Source: Mobula hypostoma
Lineage: Eukaryota
Assembly (NCBI RefSeq): GCF_963921235.1
Contig: NC_086097.1
Location: forward strand, 70,744,001-70,808,000
Direction of reading: 5' to 3'
DNA: 64,000 nt
Shown: positions 37,538 through 50,790 of the stretch, piece after piece
How the letters are laid out: the number at the start of each line of letters is the position of its first letter
Numbering within the stretch: position 1 is the stretch's first letter
Made by a program: the position numbers and the translations under genes
The notes under the pieces: model-generated
The model's database searches: none
What the model was told of the DNA's origin: nothing
What the model saw: the letters and a program-made list of their open reading frames with translations, nothing else

Positions 37538-39664
37538 GTGAGTGTGTTTGGACCACTAGTGCTACAGGTTATATGCTGATGGTAACCGAACCTGGATTCC
37601 TTCAAATAAGCTTGATTGAAATCCCTTAATCCCTTGAAATGAGTTAATCATACTTCTCAGGTTTTGGTCTACTGCTCTGCAGTTGTAGTTCTTTCAGTGC
37701 TTCAAATTATTTTGAAATGTGGTGAATGTTTGTCATTCTTTAAGAGACAATATAAATGTAACACGTAGAAGAGAAAGTGCTTGTCTAACTTCACTATCAA
37801 AATTTACAGCATTACAATTTACAGCATACAAGGGTCATTGTATTAAGCATTAAATTTCCTGAATTATATTGTGTGTTTTATATATTCTAGTTTTTATGTT
37901 GAACTAGAAGAACTCTTTCAGTTCAGGATATTTTGACCATCTTTCAATAAAAAAGGGAAATTTAGATATTTTAAGTGTTAAACTTTGAATTAACAAGGGA
38001 TTAGAGTATACAGATTGCCTATTGAATGTCAGGCTGGGCAGTTGAATAGAATTTCCTGCAGGTGACGAAGGACAATTTCTAATGAATGTCACCCTCATTG
38101 TTGCTGCAGCAATTCATTTGAACTCAGCATGATTCATTGTCAGGTTAAGTGAGTGGTTCTCGTCTCAGTGCAGAGTGATAGGCAATTGTGACAGAGGCTA
38201 AGACGGCTGTCAAGCTTTTAAAACAAGAAAAAACACAAAGTAAAGGGCAGTTCATCCTTTGTGAGCTGATTGTAAAGATAGTTGGGCCATAAGGGATGGC
38301 AGAGATGAACACTGTTATCCAGTGCTCCAAAGTGAAGAAAATAGGGTTATTCAAATACCCATCATGTTATTATATCAATTTGTAAAGAAAACTTCTGTTT
38401 ATTGAACTAAGTGACTCCTATCATACCTTTCCTACTATCATATTCAATCTTTTATGAAATAAATCAATTTGCAGTCCAAAGTGAACTCTGCCTGAAATGT
38501 TAATTGAAAAGCAAAAGATAATACTTGCAGATCCAAACTAAAACCAGAATATACTGAAGACACTCAATGCGTGAAGCAGGATCCATCAAGATAAAAAGCT
38601 GAATTGACCTGAACCATTAACTCTATGTCTTTCTCCAAAGATACTGACCGTCCTGATGAGTATTTCCAAAATGCTCATCTTTGATTTATTTCTGCCTCAG
38701 ATGCTGTTGCTCTGCCTTTTTGACAGGTTGAGAACAAACATATGCAAATATATCCATTCCAGTTCACAGTGAAGTTTACTGTCCCATGATTAGATTTTGC
38801 TACAGTATGAGTAGATCATCTCCCACAAAATTGTGCTTAAGGGGGGAGCTGACACCATTGAACTTGAGAATTTATCCACAATAGTCTGCCTCTTCATCAA
38901 TTATATATAATCATAATGCCCGATCATTTTGAACCACAAAGTTAATACTTAAATGTGGACTAGTTATCTCAGAGTGCAAATGCTGAAATAATATTTTAAA
39001 ATCGAGCTGGCTGTTGCCATTTCAAATATATAAGCTTGATCTAACGTTTCAAAGAAATAGTTTTTTTTTGCTGATGCAATCCCAATTACCGAGATTTCTT
39101 ATCCAAATTATTCTCCGTTGGGGACAGAAGGCACAATGGGAAATGATACATAATTTTTCTTGTACGTTTTTTCTGAATTATGATGTAGCTTTGAAAGGAT
39201 TATAGTTCTGTCTACATTTTGCACTGTTTTTTTCTGTTATTTTCCAAAAATCGATAATGAATCTTATTTTCCTAAAAAAAAACCTTAGACACTTATTCAA
39301 ACAACTTATCTCTCTGTCTGCCATGAAACACTGTCGCCCAAGTCTTTCAGGAACCTGCCAAGCTGAACACAATATAACTCAGATGCCATTCATTGAAGTT
39401 TCTTTGTGCCGTTAAGTCTATAGAAAAGCCATATTGCATTGAATTCTGCTCAAAGAAAAACATAGAAGAATTGTGTCATCTGTGCTATTTTATACTCATG
39501 CAGCGATTGAAGCCGTGCTGTCTTGAACTACGACAAGCACAGAATCACCTAATTGAAGAAATGCCTTTTCACTCTTTATTATTATCACTAATTAGCAGTT
39601 TTAGTTGATTGGGAAACTGCAATATTGGCCACTGACTTATACAGCATGAATTTTAATCTCAGAG

Positions 39665-40350
39665 GCACAAGACTCTGCAAATACTGGAACCTGGAGCAAA
39701 AAATAAACGGCTAGAAGAAGTCGACTCTCAAAGAGCATCTGTGAAGCAAAGGGGTGGTTATCTTTTTGGCATAAGATCCTACATCAGGACAGCCAGTATA
39801 TAGAAGAGAGACAGATGCTGGTAAATGATAGGTGGAACCAGGTGAGGTAGGATGATGGCCAGATGGAGCCAAGTGGGGTGAGAGAGAGGTATGAATAGTG
39901 GGGTGCTGAGACAGAGGCTAGCTACTGATAGGCAGAAACGGAAGTAAAAGGAGGCAGATGGATCCAGCTGGGGTGAGAGAGGGAAAGGTAGACATAGAGA
40001 TTGGTAGGTAATAGTTGGAACCAGATAAGGAAGGATGGAGTCAGGCAGAGAATGGAAATAGAAAACAAAGAGAGAGGGAGCCTGAGACGACTGGTTAGAG
40101 TGGGAGAGTGTTGAGCTGAAATTGGCAATTCAGTGTTCATACCACTGAGCTGAAGGCTAATCAAGGTGAGTACGAAGTATCGCTCTTCTAGTCTGCACCT
40201 GGATTTCCTATGACAGTGGATGTGGCCGAGGACAGGCGTGTCAGTGTGGAAACATCAAGGGGAATTGAAGTGACATGCCCCCAGAGGCCCAAGATAACTG
40301 TTGCTGACAGAGTGTGGGCGCTTCACAAACAAATGCCAGGTTTATACTTG
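39665..40350 (-). mobile_element. Old Penelope 3' remnant
   Basis: pLTR-like start, purine-rich tract, and a degenerate GIY-YIG C-terminus (SLQLSGMNTELP, compare SLQPDGMNIDFS). Confidence 0.7.
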
Positions 40351-41509
40351 GTCTTTACAAAGATTCTTAATTTTGGTGTGTAGCCCTGTAATATGAGAGT
40401 AAGGTGCCATCAGTGGATTGAATCTTCTGTCAGCTTGCAGGCTTGCTGATCTTCAGAGATGGAGTTTATAGATGTTACACTTTGAGCTTAACATGCTCCA
40501 TTAGGAGCAGTGATGTACGTGATTAGCAGTGAGTTAGTATCTTCATGAGGCAGTAATTCACTACCTCCTACCCACAGAAGCAGCACAGTGGTGCAGCAGA
40601 TAGTGCCCTTTGCCTCACAGCTATGGAAATCTGGTTTCCATCCTGTCTGTGTAGAGTTATTCTGTGTTCCTGTAAGAACTCCAGTTGCCTTCCCGTGGGT
40701 AGTTGGTCGGTTAGTTGGCTACAGTAGTCCCACACCACCAGGAGCAGCAACTTTCCTACAGTTACCATGTTCTTGAACTGACTTGCAGAGCCCTAATCCT
40801 ACCTCAGCAGTAGGACGTTATGGACTCTCTCTTGCACTATCATGATTGTGTCATTTTTTGCACCAATTTTTGTTTTATACAGTGTTTTTTCATCTCTGTC
40901 TTCACTGTATTGAATGATTTGTGTATAATTTGTATTCTGTGTGTTGTATGTACCTAGTCCCCTGCTACAAGCAAGTTTTTCTATTGTACCTGTACCTCAC
41001 TGTACTTGAGCACATGAGAAAAACTAAATTTGATTACAGTACATTTCCTTCAATGACTGGATGACTTGAGAATCACGGCCAGTGGTGGGGGGCATGTTTG
41101 ATGAGGGATAATTGTGGATAAGTTCTTGATGATTGACACCGATGCAGTAGACCAAAGGGTTCTGTGTTGTATGACTTTGTGACTAAATTGACAGGACTGT
41201 GTTGCTTGTCTGTTGCAAGTGGTGCACAGACCCACGTTGGCCCAAAGAGAAGCAACTCACCCTGAGTATTCCCTTAAATTTCAAGGAATTGCTACAGATC
41301 ACTGGGGTGAAAATTAACACTTAACGTTCATTTAAAATGTCATTTTCTATCTTCAAGGCCACTCAGCTTCTGTTTCAGAAGGAGATCATGCGAATTGTGT
41401 AGTACAGATTGAAAACTGTTGGCGATTTTCCATAAAGAAAAATGCCTTCATATATTCTTTTCCTCTCTCTTTCCTCTCTCTCAACCCAGTTTTTTTCCCC
41501 ACATACAAC

Positions 41510-41960
41510 TGTTCATTAAGCTATGGCATTAAGGGCAGCAAAAAAGGTCTGTCATCTCTGGCGGTGTTCAGGGTGCTTCATCGTGTCAGTAGCTTCCTCT
41601 TGGTTTTCACTACTGTCAGTCATGCAAGTACTGTTTGCAGACTCAGAAATATCATTGCACTCAGATGTAGAAGGATTCTACATCTGTGGTCAGCACAACA
41701 TTGTGGGCCAAAGGGCCTGTTATGTGCTGTAAACTTCTATGTTCTATGTTCATTGCTGTTTCCTTAACAATTTTGCTAGCCCTGAACTTGGTGAACCGGT
41801 GGACCACTATTAGTCTGGCCTCTACCCTTTGACCTGTTTGGCATGGGTGACCCTACTAAGAGTCAAAGCATAAAGCCTTCACTCCAGCCAACATAGCTCT
41901 CTGGGTTATTGATGCACGCAAGCCTCCAAACCCGACAAGGTTGTCGTCCTCTTTGAGGAG
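41510..41960 (-). mobile_element. Short non-autonomous RTE-type element carrying a CR1 tail insertion (~41640-41750)
   Basis: CTTTGACCTGTTTGGCATGGGTGACCCTAC and GCACGCAAGCCTCC motifs typical of RTE 5' regions. The insert ends in (TTCTATG)n. Confidence 0.5.
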
Positions 41961-43214
41961 ATTTTTTCACCTTTTTCTTAGCTGTTTTTTACAGATTTGA
42001 TTCTTGTAATTCCTTATCTTCTTCTCCGTCATTCCTCTTCACTCTCGCAGGTTAAGGAGTTGGCTACCCCAGTTGTTCAACGTGGTCCTGTATATATTTG
42101 TCGCCGCTCTATTGTTATCTACACTCCCTCTGGGGGAAATGTATTGAGCTGTAATTTAAGGATGTCAAAATGTATGGGATGTGGCACAAAATGTCTGAAA
42201 ATGTGGCCTTTATTTTGTTAGTTTCTAATTAATGCCAACGCTATTTAACCACAGCTATATTTATATGTTGTCTGGCCTACTTTGGTCACTTTTTGACGTT
42301 ATAAAAGCTACCCAAGTAATTAAAAAGTGGAAAGCAGAGTATGTGAACAAAATGCAAGATCTGAGAAATTGCAGCAAATAATCTAAACCTCCAATTGCCA
42401 AAAACAACTTTTCCCCCCCGTTAACTGACATCACAATAATTTAAAGCAAAGACTGTGATGGACTTTAATTAATAGGTAACACTTCAATTCTAACTGATAA
42501 TGGGAAGTCAAGAACGCAACAAATCATACACTCTGTGTCTTGACACTGAAATATTTTAATTTTAGGGTATTAACCACCTTTCCAAAAATAATGAAGTCAA
42601 AATCCAAAGTGATGACTTACATGTGAAACTGCATGAAGTATATTTCAAGTTCAAATTTACAATTTGCATATCTGTTTATTGAGGAAAACATAAACATAAC
42701 TTCATTATTTTATCTAGCAAAAATATGCAAATTTAGGAAATCTGATTTGAAACATGTTATTGTTACCTGATTAATGTTTGCATAATATGATTTGTTTTTG
42801 AGCTGTAATGCTTCTTTCCAGTGTTGGAAATAACTCCCAGATTCACAACTAGTACTTTTGTAATTTCTTATTTTGTTGAAGAGGCAGTGGTGGGGCAATT
42901 GCCTTATATGCCAAAAATGTGATTGAGTTTTGATTTTACTAGAGGCAGAGTGATGAGAAATTACCTTCTATGTATTTTTGGTGAGAGGTACTGGAGAAAT
43001 ACAGATGTGGCAGAAAAGATACGGGATTATTTAATTAATAGGATAACCCATAACTTCCTCTTTTGAAATCGCCAAGAACCCCAAAATCTAAATATATATT
43101 GACATATCATAATACTAGGAACCTTAGTTAATATATCAAAGAATGTTTTATTGCCCCAGTTTTAGCATCATACACAAATTAGACGTTTCTGACATTGGAA
43201 CAAAAGGGTATTGA

Positions 43215-44300
43215 TGAGGTCACTGCAGATGGTGTAATCCACATGGACTTTATGAAGGGCTTTTACGAAGTGCTACATGGGAGACTCATCGAAAAGGATA
43301 TATCCTGTGGCAAATTGGATCTAAAAGTGGCTTGGTAATAAGCAGGGAGTTATGATGGAGGGCCCTTTTCTGGTTGGAAGCCTGTCAATGGTGCACTGCA
43401 GAGACTTGCAACCCTTATTGTTTATTATATACAATACATTAACAGTTTTGATGTGAATGTAGAAGGTAAGATTATCAAATTCACAGATACCACAATAATT
43501 GGAACTGTTGTTCAGGAAGATTATTTGGGCTATAGGACATTATTGATGAGTTAGTTAAAAGGGCAGAAATCATAGGTAGAATTTAATTCCAGCAAGAGCG
43601 AGGTGAAGCAATTTGGGAGGACCAATGAGACTAAGTGATACAAAATAAAATCATAATCTCCTAGGCAGTATTGAGGACCAGATGGACTTTACTGTGTGAG
43701 CCTGAACATCCCTGAGGGTGGCAGCACAAGTAGACGAAGGCATATGGGGTGGTTGATTTTGTTAGCTGGAGCATTGAATACAAGAGGAGGGAGGTTATAG
43801 CGATTTTTTTTTTAAACATTGGTTCCGCTGCAGCTGGAGTATCATGTGCAGGTCTAGTTGCCATATAACTAGGATGTGATTGCCCTGGAGAAGTTTGCCA
43901 GGATGCTATTTGGGATGAAGTATTTCAGTTACGAGGAGAGAATTGATGGGCTGGGTTGGTTTTCTTTGGTGTGGAGGAGGCTGAAGGGGACCTGATTGAT
44001 GTGTACAAAATGCTGAAGACCCTAAGTTAGACAGTAAGCTGTCGTAAACTAGAGGGCTTAAGACAGTGACAGGAAGTATTGAAGAGACTTGAGGAAGAAC
44101 ATTTTCATCCAGAGATGACTGGAATCTGGAGTGCACTGCCTCAGGGGATAGTAAAGATGAAAACCTTTTATTTTTTTAAAGAGGACCTGATGAGTACTTG
44201 AATTACAAATGCATAAAAGGCTATGGTTCAAGTGCTGGAAAATGTGATTAGTACAAATAGGTATTCGCATGGGTGTGGTGGGCCAAATTACCCATTTCTG
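43215..44300 (+). mobile_element. Old CR1 LINE RT/3' fragment
   Basis: Degenerate MDF.K.F..V.HGRL, KFTDT, LEY.VQ.W and FF.QR...WS.LP motifs. Confidence 0.8.
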
Positions 44301-45689
44301 CATTGATTAATTAAATAATTCTAAAAATGTAAGAAAAAATAATGTCTCATTTCTACAGTCTGAAGCCAAAAATTATGAATGTCTAATTGTTTGACTAATT
44401 GCCAGCTAAACCCTGAGTGCTCACAACTGGTTTCCATAATTTAGTTGCTTATTAGTTGCATAACACATTATATATAGTGCAGAACTGTTATAAGGTCTGT
44501 TATCCTGATTACTGTGAGCATAGTTATGGAGAGCAACTGATCCATGGGTGTCTCAACATTCAGAGATGCCGCTTATTGTAACAGATATAAAGCAATATTA
44601 AAATGTGTACTGACTTTGATCTCCAGTCATAATCTCTCTTCTAAACTTGAGATCAAATCTGTATGTTTCTTAAGCAGCAATTAAGTTATAAATGACCTGA
44701 GCCTTTGTTTACTGCACAAGTGTATGACCTATCAGTTACTTATAAATAAATAATATATTTGAATTTTTTTGAGTTGGCTCACAAAGGTAAAACAAATATT
44801 GTATTGTGTCTTTCTGAAGACTGAGTCCATGGCAGATCTAAAAACAAAAGTTCCTGGCAGCACTAAAAGTGAGAGTTGTTTATTTAGGTTTTGCACCTTT
44901 TCTTTTGCAAAACCACTAAGAAAATCAACAATGACTCTGTAAATAACAAGTAATTAGACATTCTGTGAGCTCCCACATAATCACAGTCATAGGTATAGTG
45001 CGTGTGTCAAGAATGCAAATTTACAAATGTGTTAAATAGTATCCATTAATTTCTTGTGATCCACGCTAACACCTATCCGCTAAGCACAAGTTGTGGAGTT
45101 ACATTTCTGTGTGTTCCAGTGTGCATTCGTGTGCACATGTTGTCAACGTTTTGCACCTTACTTTGTTCCATAAATGATATTGCAGAGAACGCAGCCGTGG
45201 AAATGTACATTTATGAAGGTATTTTAGAGATGATAAGAATTAATGTTATTCCGGGATATTTGAATGAAAACTACTATGCTTGGTTTTACCTGTAAAAACA
45301 ATTATTATGAAAATAATGGTTGATTATTTTTCTTGTAAATCTCAGCTGTGACTATAATCAGAACAGTTGAACTTTGGCACTGTTTTCAGGATCTGCTTGA
45401 TGCTGAATATATCAGCAGAGGCCAAGTTATGCAGTAGTTCTCCAAGCTGTTTCCTCTTTAGGGCAGTTGCAAATGTAACTAACCGCCTCTGGCCAGCTGG
45501 TAGCTGTCACCTAAAGATATAGTCAATGGTGTGGAGGGGACCCTTGTGGAGAGATATTGCTTAAAAAAGGCAAATAAAGAATAATGAACAAATAAAAGAC
45601 ACATTAGGCAGTTCATATTGGGTAAAAAGCACTTAGTGTGTGAACTTCCACTGGAAGTTCAGTATTGCAGGTTGTTGTAAAATATGTAA

Positions 45690-46375
45690 AGGAAAAGCCT
45701 ACAAAAAGTGGTGAATACAGCTCTGCCCATCACAGGCAAAACCCTCCCCACCATTGAGCACATCTACATGGAGCCCTGCCACAAAAAAAAGCTGCATCCA
45801 TCATCAAGGACCCCTACTACCCAGCACTTTCACTGCTGCCATCGTGAAGAAGGTAAAGGCAATTTAGTTCCCACACCACAAGGTTCAGGAACAGTTATTA
45901 CTCTTCACCCATCAGGCTCCTGAACCGGCGTGGATAACTTCAACATGAGGAATTCTGCAGATGCTGGAAATTCAATCAAATTTGCTGGTGAACGCAGCAG
46001 ACCAGGCAGCATCTCTAGGAAGAAGTACAGTCGACGTTTTGGGCCGAGACCCTTCGTACCTCTTCCTAGAGATGCTGCCTGGCCTGCTGTGTTCACCAGC
46101 AACTTTGATGTAGATAACGTCATTTACCTTGACTCTGAACTGACTATGGACTCACTGACAAAGACTCTACAACTTCTGTTCTCAGTATTTTTAATTTGCA
46201 GTTCGTCCTCTTTTGCACATTGGCTGTTTGTCAAACTTTGTGTTTAATTTTTCATTGATTCTATTGTATTTCTTTATTTTAACTTGAATGCCTACAGGAA
46301 AATGAATCTCAGGGTCGTATATGGTGATATATACATACTTTGATAATAAATTTACTTTGAACTTTGTATTTTGAA
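45690..46375 (+). mobile_element. Rex1/Babar 3' end interrupted by a Penelope palindrome
   Basis: GKTLPTIEHI...RFRNSYYS remnants; tail AATAAATTTACTTTGAACTTTG, as at 30626-30648. Confidence 0.82.
45943..46112. mobile_element. Palindromic Penelope-derived element with a half hammerhead in the loop
   Basis: Arms 45975-46028 and 46056-46109 are near-perfect inverted repeats. The loop carries the stem II/III half of the hammerhead. TSD GATAACTTCA/GATAACGTCA at 45933-45942 and 46113-46122. Confidence 0.88.
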
Positions 46376-49023
46376 ATGACATAAGGCTGACTCAGGAGTG
46401 AGGCAGAATGGTGGGGAGGGGTTCAAAGATTTGATAATTGATGAGTAGAGGGTTTGATATGTGTGTGTTCTTGCTGGCACTTGGTGTAAGTTAGAATAAG
46501 TAGCTGGGGTGAGTTGATGTGATAATCAGGGGATGGCTTTTGTAGTTTTGAGAGGGGGAGTGGGTTGTAGGTCTTCACTTCAGCCTTTGAAGTTTCAACA
46601 TTGATGATTTTGGTATGGAATTATTTTTATTCTCCCCCCCCCACCCCAGAATAGCAGGAAACCAGCAATAGTGACTTATCTAAACGTGCTTTGCCACTTT
46701 AGCAACTGAGTCTTGATTGATTGGGTGGGAGCTAAATCTTCAGATACAAATCAAAAGACATAAGCAAATGGCAGTTTAATTTTTTTGTTTGTTGTCTTTC
46801 AGATTTGTTGGCAAAGTTCCATATTGTTTTGGAGTACATCATTGCTGGGGGAGTGGTGTATATGCTGTATTTATTGGATTCCCATTTGTGTAAAATTACA
46901 TGGGCTTTCACATCGTTATTAGCATTCGAGTTAGCAATTGGCAAGCAAGAGTGTTAGATTACCTTCAATACATATAACCACCACGATTAAGATAGAATCA
47001 CGTTAAGTGGTGTGGTTCTAGCAAATAAGTATAGTCAGAGAAGGAAATGAAAAGCATTAGAGAAAAAATAAAATAAACTACTGGTGAGATTTTTTTTGTA
47101 TAATAGCAATTCATGTTTTTTTATAAACCAGTGATGGACCAAGGTAACAAACAGCTGCTCAACTAAGCATATCTTCAGATGTGAAAATAGATGCGGCTAA
47201 TGTACGGCGGATACAAATGAAAACAGAGTTCAATCGACTGTGAAAATTTGCAATTACTGCAGATCTGTTTTTGACAGTAAGACACCCACAGATTTTGAAG
47301 TAAAGGTTTACCACTGAAGTACATCCAAAGCTGCATGGAAAGTAAAGAAAGCTTGGAATTCAGTTTCCCTGATAGAGCAATGTGGACACCAGTTAGCTAA
47401 AATAGTGCAGAGTAATTTCTCTCCCACTACCACAGATTGGTTAGACCTTGCACAGACCCTGAGTGCTGGAGAATTGCTTTGAGTTCATACCTTATTGCTG
47501 GACAGTGTTAGAGTGCAGTCAGTAAACCACAAGTGAAGATCAACCAGCCATTTTGGGACATCTGTAGTCACTTGGGAAATCCAGACTTGAGGAGAAATAA
47601 TAACATTACTTCATCAAATTGGTGACAATTCTCCATTGGTTCAGGCCCAGTACTTTACTGAAAATTGATCAATTCACCTCTTGGAATAATTGCAAACTAT
47701 GACCATATTTATCCTGTAAGGCCAATTTAAGGTTGGGGGAAGAGGGGAATACAATATGTTTAAGAAAAGCTCTGGAGGGAATGATTATCTTAAAACCTTC
47801 AAATGACACACAAGAGATTTTGCACTGACTGTAATGTCCTGTAGTAATATGACAATGGCAGATGTTGTGGTCAGTTTCTGATTGTGACAATGGTGAATGC
47901 TAATAATTTCACCATCAGTCCAACTGCAAGTTCTTTGTGATTATGGCCACCAGCCAGTGCTTTCTGCCTGAAGCGTACCTTGCTTATCATAGTTCATTCA
48001 CCTTAGTTAGATCCAGCTTTTTTACTTTTTTGTTCACTTGAAACAGATTAAGAAAGATCATAGTTTTGAAATCAGACCAGTTTTCTATCCAGCTCTGCGT
48101 TAAAGTTCCATTCACCAGTACCTCTGTAGTTCTTGCATGTTGTTGAAGCCACTCTACCTTCATGCGGCATTTTGGTGTCATGTAGTTTACACTCACTAAC
48201 AAGTGTTTAGTTAGGTTTCCAAAGAGGCTGTCTTTGAAATGACAACTACATTATTATCCCTCACGATGGATATTTAAACCACTCTCTTAATTTGCCCTGC
48301 TCAAAATGGCATATAGTTGTAATGTTAAATTATAAATCCTCTTCCATTTTGAGTTAGGTCTTTGCCATTGCTACAATCTACAATTCCCAGTAATTTACCA
48401 TAGTCCATGCATTTAGGCATGTCATCCAAACCTACTTTAAGCTACCTTATATTTATCCTCCTATTTCAATTGACTATTTTTTCAAGTGCTGTTTTCCTCT
48501 CAGTCTTCTACACCTGCTTTCTCCTCACCAAGTTTTACCCCGGTAGCCATCCACCTGCCAAATCACATTAAACTTTCTCTTGATGCTTTAGTTAATCTTG
48601 TTATGAAGTTGTTAGTTCCAGCTCTTTAGAAGCAGCTTATCTATGTTGCACAAGTTCCACCTTCCCCAAAACTGACTTCAATCACCCATATTGTGAAGAT
48701 CTTCTTCTTGTTCTAATTGTTCAAACATATGTAGGTTAATCTGATAGGTTCTGCTGTTCCTACACACATCGTGGAAGGTGCAGTCGGTAGACACTTCAGG
48801 CGCTGTATTTTAATTTGAGGTGCTGGTTCCTGAATTACTTGGTAGTAGAACCTTAACCCGTCATGTCGTCAGTTCATACATAACTCATGGATTGCACTTG
48901 GCAGATGTTGCATCTTTCATTCTTTTTCTTAATATGGCATCTATCCCCTATGTTTACTCACCTGCAAGTGGAAGCAATTTTTACTCATCAAACGCCTTCA
49001 ATATTTTGAAGCTCACTCAAATT

Positions 49024-49120
49024 TCCTTCCTTTCCAGTCCTGATGAAGGGTCGTGACCTGTTTATTCCCCTCTATTGATGCTGCCTGATGCTGAATTCCT
49101 CCAGCATTTTCTGTGCATTG
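49024..49120 (+). mobile_element. Penelope pLTR micro-element with a truncated hammerhead
   Basis: CAGTC CTGATGA AGGGTC with the GAAA segment deleted. TSD CTCAAATT at 49016-49023 and 49121-49128. Confidence 0.75.
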
Positions 49121-49596
49121 CTCAAATTACCAATGCCGTTCCTTTCCTAGTAAAGGAATTCCAGCTTTTACAAACTTTCCAAATGGTTACACCCTATATA
49201 CTCTGGTAGTATCCTTGTAGAAAGTCCTTGCACTTTACATGGTACTTCAATATCAGCCTGGATCTACTATTTTGGTAGGGATATTGCCTAAAAATGCATT
49301 GCCATTTCTGGCTACTGCTTTATCTTCCAATTTTCTACACTAGCTTGTCTTTGCTTTCTCATTTCTGAATATTTTGTCAACATCTTTTTTCTAAGAGTTT
49401 CATTCTAATATTGCCTTCCTTAAAAGGTTATAGATACAGTTGTCTCTTCTATAAATTTTATAGTTACAATCATTGGTATCTTAGATTAACTGGCAGAAAA
49501 TTGCCTGGAAAGGAGTTCTTCTGATTTGGGCAGTTTCCGACGCTCTGGAACCAGATTTCTTCATTCTGAGTAATATAGTGACAATCTATTGAAAGC

Positions 49597-49604
49597 TATA
49601 TAAA
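49597..49604 (+). promoter_or_regulatory. Possible TATA box upstream of the candidate exon
   Basis: TATATAAA about 130 bp upstream of the ATG. Such motifs are common by chance in AT-rich DNA. Confidence 0.25.
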
Positions 49605-49730
49605 TTAAAGGCATTAGGCAAAATGAAACTAACGTCATACTGCTTGTAACACAGTTGATGTAGTTGGCACTAAAGTGATAGAAGGAAAGGTTTTTAATTA
49701 CAGGCTTTGCGGCTCTCTTGGAGTCTTGTC

Positions 49731-49779
49731 ATGGTGTCGACGTTGACTGGCAGGATACTGGTGGCTGTTCTATTCACTG
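49731..49779 (+). CDS. Candidate first coding exon of a host secreted or membrane protein (signal peptide MVSTLTGRILVAVLFT + phase-1 intron)
   Basis: Strong Kozak context GTC-ATG-G; 16 codons with an n-region Arg and hydrophobic core ILVAVLF; donor CTG|GTGAGA at 49780; upstream acceptor TTTTTAATTACAG (49703); lies in unique, non-repeat sequence. Confidence 0.6.
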
Positions 49780-50429
49780 GTGAGAGCACCAAGATCAGCA
49801 CTCCGAAGTGGGAGTTTTACTGTCTTGGATTTGCAGATTGTCGGCTCTCTCTTCTGCCTAGAATACTGTTTGTTCCTTTTCTATATTTCAGACGTGCTTT
49901 TTCTGGCCAGATGTTTCCATCCCCAGTCTATATTAATTCAGTATATCTATTAATTAAGAAAGCCAAAGATATTAATATTAAATATCTGTGTCAAGATTTT
50001 TGCCATATCTGCAGAACAAATTATTTTCTGCTATAGCTAAACTGCTATAGCCTATTTTGGTCAATTTTGCATTAAAGCATTTTATTTTGTAAAATGCAGA
50101 TTGAGACTTCTGCAACGCTGTTTTTGGCTACACGTAGGCCTTTTGATTTAATTCTATTTGCAATCCATTTAAATACCAAGTATTACTTAAGAGGGGAAAA
50201 AGTCAAATTGCATCACTCAAAGAAATCAGCCTTTGAAAAGTGTATTGACAAATTGTGCAGTGAATTTCAACTCAATTCAGTGGGGTGATGAACTACTAAC
50301 ATTCAGCATGCCTCTTATTTTACTATCATCACGTGTGTTCACTTCTTAGGAAAAGTCTCAATTAACGTAATCATACTGGCCTAGCAACAGTGAAATGATG
50401 GACCCTGCTTCATCTCATATTTCCTGACG

Positions 50430-50790
50430 ACACAGGAGACTGTTCAATCTATTGAATCTATGCTGATCTTTGAGTTATCCCATCAGCCTTATTCCCTGCT
50501 TATTTAATAGTGACCTATTTTCTCTCACCTGTCACTCCTGATCTTCCTTTGAATTAATTTAGTGTTTTGAAGTTACAACACACATAACCAAATCATTTAG
50601 CAGAACCATTTACCTTATTAACTAGCACATCTTTGGGAAGTGAATGGAAACTGGAGCATCCTGGGGAACCTGACAGAGTTACAAATGGGTGTGCAAACTG
50701 CTCACAGCAGGCACTGTAGGTCAGCATCAAACCCAAGACACTGGAGCTTTGATACAGCAGTATTATGAGCTATGCCACTGTGCTGTTACA
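50430..50790 (-). mobile_element. tRNA-derived SINE (HE1-like), decayed
   Basis: GGAAACTGGAGCATCCTGGGGAACC...GTGCAAACT core and tRNA-like head ending GCCACTGTGCTG on the + strand. Confidence 0.65.

Noticed and set aside
41990..42140. Possible exon after the polypyrimidine tract CTCTTCACTCTCGCAG (VKELATPVVQRGP...)
   Set aside because: The acceptor is plausible, but the donor is weak and the peptide is unrecognisable.
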